Shown piece after piece: positions 56,565 to 64,000 of a stretch of 64,000 bases of DNA (position 1 is the first letter of the stretch; each line of letters starts with the position of its first letter). A program made the position numbers and the translations under genes. Source of the stretch: Gammaproteobacteria bacterium (lineage in GTDB: Bacteria; Pseudomonadota; Gammaproteobacteria; CAJXQU01); the NCBI GenBank assembly GCA_965238175.1, contig CBDEGZ010000003.1:1024001-1088000 (forward strand). Direction: 5' to 3'. The notes beneath the pieces were generated by a model. That model was given only the letters and a program-made list of their open reading frames with translations. It was not told the DNA's origin and ran no database searches.

Positions 56565-57790
56565 TGTAGAAATTCAGATTTGATCTGACAGTTACCCAAT
56601 TATCAGTAACCGACTGTCAGGTTAAGTTTAATTCACAAACTTTTCCTTCCAGATAGCTTGTCCGTCGATGAGTGTTTCCATCGGCGTCCTCCCGCAGCAC
56701 ATTTTGCCTTGGTGAGTTCGTTGAGTATTGTATTTGAGCAACCATTCGTCAAGGTCGAGTTGCAGTTCATCAATCGATTGGTAAATTTTCTTACGCAAAG
56801 CGACTTGATAAAACTCATTGAGGATCGTCTTATGGAATCGCTCACAAATACCATTCGTCTGAGGTGATTTGACCTTGGTTTTGGTGTGTTCGATATTGTT
56901 CAACGCCATATAAAGCTGATAATCATGCTGGTCAGCTCGCCCACAATACTCCGTCCCTCTATCTGTCAAAATGCGCAACATAGGCAAACGTTGTTGTTCG
57001 TAGAATGGGAGGACGCGGTCATTGAGCATGTCAGCTGCCGTAATCGGTGTTTTAGTCGGGTACAGTTTCGCGTGAGCGACCTTGCTGTAAGTATCAACAA
57101 ACGTTTGTTGATAAACCCGACCAATGCCTTTGAAAGTACCGACATAGTAAGTATCTTGCGAGCCAAGATAACCAGGGTGTGCCGTTTCTATCTCGCCACA
57201 AGCCTCATCGTCGTCTTTTTTGCGTTCCATCGCCGCGACTTGAGACTCAGTGAGGATCAAGCCTTCACCAGCTACCTTATCAGACAATGCCTTCAGGCGA
57301 TCTTTAAAGCAAGCAAGACCATGACGAAGCCAGATACAACGAACGCCACTGGGTGAGACAAATGTTCCCCGTTTGCGCAGCTCGTTACTGGTGCGCGTTT
57401 GACCATGTGCGGGCTCTTCCAGTGCATACTCGAGCACAACGGTTTCAATAGCCGGGTCGATTCTGTTTTTAAGATTTGGGGTACGCCGATTACGATCAAA
57501 CAAGGCTTCTACACCGCCTTCATCAGCCGCTTCTTTGTAGCGATAAAATGTATCTCTGGACAAACCCATCATCTTGCAGGCTTTTGAGACATTGCCGAGT
57601 TCTTCAGCGAGATTGAGTAGACCAACTTTATGTTTTATAACTTTGTCATTAGTATGAATCATGAGAGTTACCTCTTTGTGTTTTGATGTTTACGTTGCAG
57701 TTACATCAAAGCGGGTAACTCTCACTAAATCAAGCGTCGCTACGCTCCGCTTGATTTAGTGATGTGTCAGATTGGGTCTAAACTTCTACA
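56565..57790 (-). mobile_element. IS481-family element, copy 3
   Basis: Same ends as copy 1; direct repeat GCTAAGG on both sides. Confidence 0.95.
56628..57662 (-). CDS. IS481-family transposase
   Basis: Identical protein to copy 1. Confidence 0.95.
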   Translation of the reverse strand: MIHTNDKVIKHKVGLLNLAEELGNVSKACKMMGLSRDTFYRYKEAADEGGVEALFDRNRRTPNLKNRIDPAIETVVLEYALEEPAHGQTRTSNELRKRGTFVSPSGVRCIWLRHGLACFKDRLKALSDKVAGEGLILTESQVAAMERKKDDDEACGEIETAHPGYLGSQDTYYVGTFKGIGRVYQQTFVDTYSKVAHAKLYPTKTPITAADMLNDRVLPFYEQQRLPMLRILTDRGTEYCGRADQHDYQLYMALNNIEHTKTKVKSPQTNGICERFHKTILNEFYQVALRKKIYQSIDELQLDLDEWLLKYNTQRTHQGKMCCGRTPMETLIDGQAIWKEKFVN

Positions 57791-57821
57791 GCTAAGGATT
57801 AGAGTACAAATGCGTAATAAT

Positions 57822-58020
57822 GTTGCACAACGTTTCGACTATGGTTAGTACGGGATTATAAAGGCGATAACTTTTCGATTAAGCACTTAGTCAAAACTTT
57901 CTATTTTATTTTTTCAATTATAAAAGCCAAATCCACTAAGACTTAGTGAACCTTGTTAAAAGCTCTTAATTTCAGGTTAAGCACAAACCCATATTAATTC
58001 TGGCCCTTGTTAACACTAGT
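57822..58020 (-). repeat. attC-like cassette recombination site (long, degenerate)
   Basis: On the minus strand starts GTGTTAAC just after the ankyrin stop and ends GTTGTGCAAC; imperfect outer palindrome. Confidence 0.65.
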
Positions 58021-58028
58021 GTATGTTG

Positions 58029-59087
58029 TCATTCAAATATTTTATCAATTTGTTTAGATGGATTTTCAAAAAACTCTTTAATGTTACATAATTCTTTAAA
58101 TTCTTCGTGTTCATAGTCAGCAGAAGCAAAACATTTTTTCTTTGGATACCACACTAAAAACCCCTCGGAACTGTAATTATCAACTTCACTTAATAAGTCT
58201 AGAAATTTATATTTATTCCATTTTACTTCTTTAATATTGATTAGTGAGTTGAAAATTATATAATCTAATTGATTATTTTCTTTGCATTCTATTTTGCGAT
58301 TTTTACTTCGAATTAATTCTATTAATTGTTTTGGTAATTTGTAGCTTTTTAAATCCGTTAATTTTTGTTCTTCGTTATGCCATTGTTCTGGTTCTAATGA
58401 TTTTATAAACGCTATCATTTTTTTATTCTTATTGGCAACAGCACAGTTATATGGTCTTTCTCCATATTTGTCTTTAACCTTTACATCTGCGCCTTTTTGA
58501 ACTAAAAGCTTTACGGTTTCTAAATCATTGTTTTGTGCAGCAATATGCACAGGCGTTGAGTTGCAAGGATAAACCATATCAGGTTTGCAGAAATTTACGT
58601 CAATGCCATAATTTAAAAATATTTTTACGGCATCATGCTGTTTATTTGATACAGCTTGTCTAAATGAATCGCCATCATTTTTTAAGTCATAACCATTCTC
58701 AATTAATAATGAAATTGCGTCGAAGTTATTTCCATATAAAGCATCATTCATTGCTGTCTTACCATTACTGTGTTTAGCATTTACTTTTGCTCCATTTTCT
58801 ATTAGCAGCTTGATAGTTTCCATATCACAGCTTGAACAGGCCATTAGAATTGAAGGGTTGTCTTTGTCATTTAACTCAACTTTTTTTAAAATTAACCATT
58901 CTATTACTTTCTTCTTATTTTCATAAAGAGCAAGTGTAATTGGCAGCTCATCTATATACTCAGCAATGTTAAAGATTGCGTTTATATTCAATCCATTTGA
59001 AAACTCATGTTCCAATTTTTCAATGTTTTCTGACATTATTAATTCAGCTAATTCTGTTAATTTATCTTTTGGTCCGAATAATTTCAT
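58029..59087 (-). CDS. ankyrin-repeat protein (cassette cargo)
   Basis: Several LLIENGA-VN, TPVHIAA and LLVQKGADV ankyrin repeats; AT-rich. Confidence 0.9.
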   Translation of the reverse strand: MKLFGPKDKLTELAELIMSENIEKLEHEFSNGLNINAIFNIAEYIDELPITLALYENKKKVIEWLILKKVELNDKDNPSILMACSSCDMETIKLLIENGAKVNAKHSNGKTAMNDALYGNNFDAISLLIENGYDLKNDGDSFRQAVSNKQHDAVKIFLNYGIDVNFCKPDMVYPCNSTPVHIAAQNNDLETVKLLVQKGADVKVKDKYGERPYNCAVANKNKKMIAFIKSLEPEQWHNEEQKLTDLKSYKLPKQLIELIRSKNRKIECKENNQLDYIIFNSLINIKEVKWNKYKFLDLLSEVDNYSSEGFLVWYPKKKCFASADYEHEEFKELCNIKEFFENPSKQIDKIFE

Positions 59088-59115
59088 TTTATTGTTTATA
59101 GTTGGTTTTTTCGAT

Positions 59116-59232
59116 ATTACTGCTAACGTTTGTATAAGATTAGTTGCGTTATTTAAGTAATTAATTTAGCCAATACAAACCAAATAGAAAACCCGCGAGG
59201 ATTTCCGTAAGTAGGTTTGCACTAGCAATTAA
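59116..59232 (-). repeat. attC-like site, truncated at the gene-proximal end
   Basis: Shares GTTTGTATAAGATTAGTTGCGTT and GCAATTAA with 61189-61257; the arm carrying R'' is missing. Confidence 0.75.
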
Positions 59233-60134
59233 CTTTCCCAATAGTCAGATTCAATTCCCATATTTCTTAATTCTTGCATGACATTTTCATCCGCATAGCT
59301 AAAAAAAGCTTTTTTTAAATTTGGAAAATGAATAGCATCCATTGAGCTTTCTATATTGTCATAATCTTCATAACCTTCTATAAATAGAATTAAATTTTTG
59401 TAAATTCCACTAATACCATCTTGATTTATCTCTGTGATTTCTTTTGCCAAACGTTTTGGAACAGGTAGTTTTTTAAAGTATTCGACAACTTCAGGAATTA
59501 AATCATACCCTTCTTCTTCTAAGTCTATTAATCTATTTTCGTAAAGCTTAACAAATTCATTTAAATCAAATTTTGGCTTTAAAAACTCCTTGTTATACAT
59601 TAACTCATTAATAACTGCATATTTAAAATTGATATCCGCAAACTCAATTATATCTTCATTAGTTGGCTTTATTTCATATTTATCTTTTGGAGGAAGTGGG
59701 GTATTACAATTAGAAATAGATAACTCGACTATATTATTTTTATCGTCGTTTAACGTATAATATATTTGAAGGGTTTTGGTTTGTTCGGTAAGTCTTAAGC
59801 GTCTTTCATGAATATTTTCACCTATTATAGCCAATATCCCTTGATATACTTTTTTGGGCATAAAATCAAACTCATAACTCTTATCTTTTCTTATCAAGAT
59901 ATCAACTTCTTCAATTCTTTTTTTACCCTTAGAATAGCAATATATTCCCAAATCATCCCAAGTATATATTGTATTGGAAGAACCTTTAAAAAGACGATTA
60001 ATAAAATTAGGTTTATTAATGCGATTAGGGCTTTGTTTTAACTCTTCAACGAGTTTTTTCAGAGATATTGGAAAGGTTAAGAGGGTTGAATTAATACTCA
60101 GTCCTTTATCTGTCAACTCTATTTTAAAATTCAT
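59229..60134 (-). CDS. hypothetical two-domain protein, immunity-protein-like (cassette cargo)
   Basis: IYTWDDLGI N-terminal motif and F-D-NFK-AVI-ELMY C-terminal motif; probable start ATG 60134. Confidence 0.7.
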   Translation of the reverse strand: MNFKIELTDKGLSINSTLLTFPISLKKLVEELKQSPNRINKPNFINRLFKGSSNTIYTWDDLGIYCYSKGKKRIEEVDILIRKDKSYEFDFMPKKVYQGILAIIGENIHERRLRLTEQTKTLQIYYTLNDDKNNIVELSISNCNTPLPPKDKYEIKPTNEDIIEFADINFKYAVINELMYNKEFLKPKFDLNEFVKLYENRLIDLEEEGYDLIPEVVEYFKKLPVPKRLAKEITEINQDGISGIYKNLILFIEGYEDYDNIESSMDAIHFPNLKKAFFSYADENVMQELRNMGIESDYWES

Positions 60135-60145
60135 TTTTATTCCCA

Positions 60146-60326
60146 TTGCCCACAACGGTTTGTGTATGAAATATAGGGGGTAAAAGACGCTGACTTTTCA
60201 TATTTTATTTTTAACTTATCAATCTTAAAAGCCATTCACCTTAGGCGGGTCGGTGATTTTCGCAAATAAGAATAAACCCTTCTGAAAGCCTTTGCTAGCT
60301 ATGTTTTATACACCTTGGTTAGGCAA
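60146..60326 (-). repeat. attC-like cassette recombination site
   Basis: Minus strand GCCTAAC...GTGTATAAAACATAG ... CTATATTTCATACAC...GTTGTGGGC; arms pair 13/15. Confidence 0.75.
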
Positions 60327-60329
60327 AGT

Positions 60330-61178
60330 TTAATAATTCTCTGGTTTTTTACTTGGATTTTCACAAAACCAATTATACATATCATTGAATTTTTTTTCAT
60401 ATTTCTTTATTTTCTCTTCGTCCGTTTTTGACTGTAAGAAAGGTTTGCGTTTACCTACAATAATAGTGTCTTTAGCTCCTTCAATAATAGGATCTACACT
60501 CATAAAAGCTTCTAATTGTTTACAATCGACTTCTTTACCATTTATTTTAAACTGTGCTTTTAGCCAAGCAATTTGTTCTGTTGTGAATTGATTTTCCGCA
60601 AATGTTATTTTTTTTATTTTCTTTAAATCTTTAAGAGGAGAAATATCTTTATCAATAATATTTGAATAGAACATAAACTCTTCTAAATTTTCGCATCCTA
60701 TAAAAGGTCTTAGAGATTTTATTTTGTTATCAATATTAAAAGTATTATTGTCAATAACTCTTATATATTTTAACAATTTCCCGTTTTCAATTTGGCCAAA
60801 GTCTGATAATTTTTTGATAGAATTAATTTTAAGAGACTTTAACTTTAGAGTTTTGGAAAAATCCCAAAGATTTTCTGCTTTTTGATTCCAAAAAATCTCT
60901 ACAGATTCAATATTAGAAAGTTCTTCCATTTTAGAAAAATCTTTTACTCGTTTACAAGCTTTAAAACTTATTACTGTGAATGTATGCGCATAATTTTCTA
61001 TAAAGTAATTAAACAAATTTTGGTCTAAACCAGCAATACTTAGCTTCTTTATTTTAGGGTATTTCTGAATCTCATCTATTAAAGATTTTCTACTCTTTGG
61101 CCATAAAGGACCTTTCTCTTCATATGGTAGTATATGAAGTTCATCATCTATTAATCTGACTTCTTGTGAAATGCTCAT
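60330..61178 (-). CDS. leucine-rich-repeat protein (cassette cargo)
   Basis: LxxLxxLxI repeats, IFWNQK, DISPLKDLKKIK. Confidence 0.8.
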   Translation of the reverse strand: MSISQEVRLIDDELHILPYEEKGPLWPKSRKSLIDEIQKYPKIKKLSIAGLDQNLFNYFIENYAHTFTVISFKACKRVKDFSKMEELSNIESVEIFWNQKAENLWDFSKTLKLKSLKINSIKKLSDFGQIENGKLLKYIRVIDNNTFNIDNKIKSLRPFIGCENLEEFMFYSNIIDKDISPLKDLKKIKKITFAENQFTTEQIAWLKAQFKINGKEVDCKQLEAFMSVDPIIEGAKDTIIVGKRKPFLQSKTDEEKIKKYEKKFNDMYNWFCENPSKKPENY

Positions 61179-61188
61179 TTAAATCAAA

Positions 61189-61257
61189 TTTACCCTGACG
61201 GTTTGTATAAGATTAGTTGCGTTGTTTAAGCAATTAATTTTATACGTTGTTGTAAAA
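61189..61257 (-). repeat. short attC-like site
   Basis: GTATAAGATTAGTTGC / GCAATTAATTTTATAC hairpin flanked by core sites. Confidence 0.75.
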
Positions 61258-61889
61258 CGCTACTTTATTATTTATTAAATTTTACTTTGACTCATTTTTT
61301 TATTCTTTGGGAAATTCCCATTTTAAAATTTCTGTTCGAGGTATATCATTAATAGAAAACCATTTTAAAATTTCCATACTGGCTTTATCTATTTTAACCT
61401 CAACATAAACAGTTATTCTGCTTTTGAACGCTTCCATACTAATCCCATTACCATAAGTTAACTCACTCATTTTGAATCGAACAAGACGATCAGCTCTATT
61501 TAATTCTTTAGATAATTGAGAGGGTTTTATTTCATAGTGTGTGCCTTTCCAAATAATAATATCTCCAAAATATTTTACCTTAATTTGCTTGGTTTTCCCT
61601 TGATAGCTATTTATAAAGTAGGGTTCTTTAAAGAATACATTGTCAGCATCTACTAAAGAGTAGATTGCATTTTCATCATTGCTGCTATGCCTTACAGACA
61701 TAGACCACGTATCAAACGTAAATTCCTCGAAAGGTTCGGAAGGTACTTCGTGTGCAACAAACCATCTAGGTTTAGAGGCAAAAAATAGTGTCTTTTCGGA
61801 TTTTCCATCTATTAATAAAGACACACTGAACCTGCTACATTTTAACGGATACATTAAATAGGCGACAATATGCCTTTAGGAGTATCCAA

Positions 61890-62201
61890 ATGACCAGCAA
61901 CAGAAAACCATACAAAACCTATACCCGAGAATTCAAACTAGAAGCGTTACGCTTGATGGAGCAATCAGATAAACCGTCATCTGAGATTGCCGCTGAACTT
62001 GGTATACGGCGTAATCAGCTCTATAAATGGAAAGAACAACTGACCGACAAAGGTGATACTGCATTCCCAGAACAACGTGGAAGGCCTAAGAAAGAAGCAC
62101 AAAGTGAACTCACCACCTTACGCCAAGATAATGCACGGCTGAAGGAGGAAGTTGAGATATTAAAAAAGGCCGCGGTGTACTTTGCAGGCGAACTCAAGTG
62201 A
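61890..62201 (+). CDS. IS3 transposase OrfA
   Basis: YTREFKLEA, HTH, EILKKA--YFA. Confidence 0.93.
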   Translation: MTSNRKPYKTYTREFKLEALRLMEQSDKPSSEIAAELGIRRNQLYKWKEQLTDKGDTAFPEQRGRPKKEAQSELTTLRQDNARLKEEVEILKKAAVYFAGELK

Positions 62202-63058
62202 AGTACGCCTTTATTAAAATACAACGTCGCCATCACTCTGTGTCGTTATTATGTCGCACCCTGACTGTCTCAGTCAGTGGTTATTATGATTGGTTAGACA
62301 GGCCTCAAAGTAAGACACACTCAACGAATCAACGGTTACTGACGAAAATAAGATGTTTTCATCAAGCTAGTTTTAAGCGTTATGGTTCACCTCGGATACA
62401 TCGAGACCTACTCGATTCAGGTGAAAAAGTAAGTCGACCGCGTGTTGCACGTTTGATGAAGACTGCTGGCATTCAATCGAAGATGGCCAAACGGTTTGTG
62501 ATTACAACCAATTCAAAAAATACCACAGCACCTGCACCCGATAGGCTCAAACGTGAATTTCGTGTCAATGAAACAAATAAAGCCTGGGTAGCTGACACGA
62601 CCTTTATTCGTACTCGGCAAGGTTGGTTATATTTGGCTACCATGATGGACTTGTATTCACGGCAAATTATTGGCTGGGCGATGTCTGAGCGTAATGACAC
62701 CAAGCTAGTCACTGATGCGTTAACGATGTCGCTGTCACGCAGAGACAAGGCAAAAGATGTGATTGTCCATTCCGACCAAGGCAGCACTTATGCCTCGGGT
62801 GATTATCGAAAGCTCATTAAAGATAATGGCTTCCTTTGTAGTATGAGCCGAAAAGGTGAATGCCATGATAATGCGGTCGCTGAAAGTTTCTTCGGCAGCC
62901 TCAAAACAGAGTTGGTTGATGATGAGGATTATCGAACACGTAGCGATGCCAAACAAAGCCTATTTCACTATATTGAAGTGTTTTATAATCGAAGACGGAG
63001 GCATTCTTATTTAGGCTATGTTAGCCCTGTAGAATTTGAGCGGGCAAATGCCCCTTAG
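62198..63058 (+). CDS. IS3 transposase OrfB (DDE)
   Basis: YGSPRI, WVADTT, HSDQGS-Y, DNAVAESFF. Confidence 0.95.
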   Translation: MKYAFIKIQRRHHSVSLLCRTLTVSVSGYYDWLDRPQSKTHSTNQRLLTKIRCFHQASFKRYGSPRIHRDLLDSGEKVSRPRVARLMKTAGIQSKMAKRFVITTNSKNTTAPAPDRLKREFRVNETNKAWVADTTFIRTRQGWLYLATMMDLYSRQIIGWAMSERNDTKLVTDALTMSLSRRDKAKDVIVHSDQGSTYASGDYRKLIKDNGFLCSMSRKGECHDNAVAESFFGSLKTELVDDEDYRTRSDAKQSLFHYIEVFYNRRRRHSYLGYVSPVEFERANAP

Positions 63059-63388
63059 TTATTTGCTCCGTTAAAGTGTTGCAACCTCACACTGTGTTTT
63101 TTTCTAATAGGGCTACTTTGTGTTGTTTTAAATCTATATTTTTTAGCAGGCGTACTTTGTCAAAACTGGTTAGGTTTTGACAGGAAGCCAACAATAATAC
63201 GAGTAATAAATACCAGGCAGGTTGCCTTATATGGTTTCATTTTTTTAGTTATTATCTGTTTTTACTTTAGGACATTTTAAAAGACCTAATAAAAATATTG
63301 TATTATTGATTAAAGAGTCTAATTCCTGTTTCTGTGCTTGAATGCTGCTTGTCCAGCATAAAAGTAATAAAGAGTTTTCTTTATCATA

Positions 63389-63439
63389 TTTTACAACCGT
63401 TTGTGTATGAAATATAGTGTGTAAAAGGTGCTAACTTTT
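63389..63439 (-). repeat. half attC-like site
   Basis: ACAACCGTTTGTGTATGAAATATAG...TAAAAG..GCT.ACTTTT matches 60152-60198. Confidence 0.7.
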
Positions 63440-63524
63440 GAGGGTACACTTGGAATTTGAAACCGTCCAGTAAGCGAAATTAAATCGAGCCTGGACTGAT
63501 CCTGAGGGATCCTGGATCAGGCCC

Positions 63525-63793
63525 TAATTAGAAAAGGTGCTATTATTTATCTTTTTTGCGATTTAGACGATATCATCAGGGAGTATGAAAGTGACTTCCA
63601 TGATCAGCCGCTAACAAAGAAAATCGTAGAGGCGCTGAAAGGTAATCAGCACTCGCCAATTCTTGAGGTGGCTCAGTTGCTAACCCATGTGTCCGTGCCT
63701 GAACCCAAGTTCAACTATTCCGAATACAATAAAATATTGCAGAGTACTTGCATAGAGCATGTTCATCGGTTTTTCGCAGAGAAACTGGCTTAA
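63525..63793 (+). pseudogene. 5'-truncated hypothetical ORF
   Basis: Open frame LIRKGAIIYLFCDLDD...RFFAEKLA* with no start codon. Confidence 0.45.
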
Positions 63794-63819
63794 TGCCATA
63801 ACGTCGTAACCACTCGCAA

Positions 63820-64000
63820 ATGGAGCCAGGTAATATTTTGAAAATAGATACACTTGGTGACGGTTGGCGAGATAAAGACTCGGTGATGTTGCATGCATGC
63901 TTTCAACTATTAAGGGACTGCATCGAAAAAGAACATCTACTAAATGGCCATATTGACTGGGAAGTTGATGAAAAGCACCATCTGGCCAAAAAAGAAATTG
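63820..64000 (+). CDS. hypothetical protein, runs off the window
   Basis: MEPGNILKIDTLGDGWRDKDSVMLHACFQLL..., open to the window edge. Confidence 0.6.
   Translation, partial: MEPGNILKIDTLGDGWRDKDSVMLHACFQLLRDCIEKEHLLNGHIDWEVDEKHHLAKKEI

Larger units (their letters stand above)
61827..63089 (+). mobile_element. IS3-family element
   Basis: TG...CA ends, IR TGAACCTGCTACATTTTAACGGA / TCCGTTAAAGTGTTGCAACCTCA, 3-bp DR CAC, AAAAAAG slippery site at 62162-62168. Confidence 0.93.
61300..63240 (-). pseudogene. lipoprotein gene split by IS3 and frameshifted
   Basis: 5' part 63090-63240 encodes ...WYLLLVLLLASCQNL (lipobox) out of frame with its ATG; 3' part is 61300-61826. Confidence 0.65.

Noticed and set aside
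60135-60155. Upstream TTG start of the 59229 gene
   Set aside because: It lies inside the attC-like core; ATG 60134 is more plausible.
61827-61854. Start of ORF 61300-61854
   Set aside because: It derives from the IS3 left inverted repeat; the native 5' part lies beyond the IS.
57822-63439. CRISPR array
   Set aside because: Repeats are long, variable and separated by whole genes; no cas genes.

Overview
Chromosomal window of an AT-rich gammaproteobacterium, probably a marine sulfur oxidiser (inferred from a dissimilatory-type sat and nhaD). The housekeeping backbone is trxA-rho, hinT-sat, hemH, slt, cca, uppP, folB/folK, plsY, mnmG-rsmG-parAB-atpIBEFHAGDC-glmU, a PepSY-OmpR/PhoQ-like two-component set, acs and nhaD. 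Mobile DNA comprises two identical inverted IS1111-type (IS110 family) elements flanking an IS481, two further IS481 copies, an intact IS3, an IS3 relic and several MITE/REP-like repeats. Highlights: (1) a very AT-rich array of single-gene cassettes at 57.8-63.4 kb, separated by Bacteroidota-like attC-type palindromes whose core sites co-vary per cassette, carrying ankyrin/LRR immunity-like genes with no integrase in the window; (2) the IS1111 non-coding end, in which bridge/seek-RNA target and donor guides can be matched to the two insertion sites; (3) a NYN RNase gene behind a promoter, structured RNA and terminator leader, resembling a type III toxin-antitoxin layout. No rRNA, tRNA or CRISPR array was recognised. 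All calls are by eye, without database searches.
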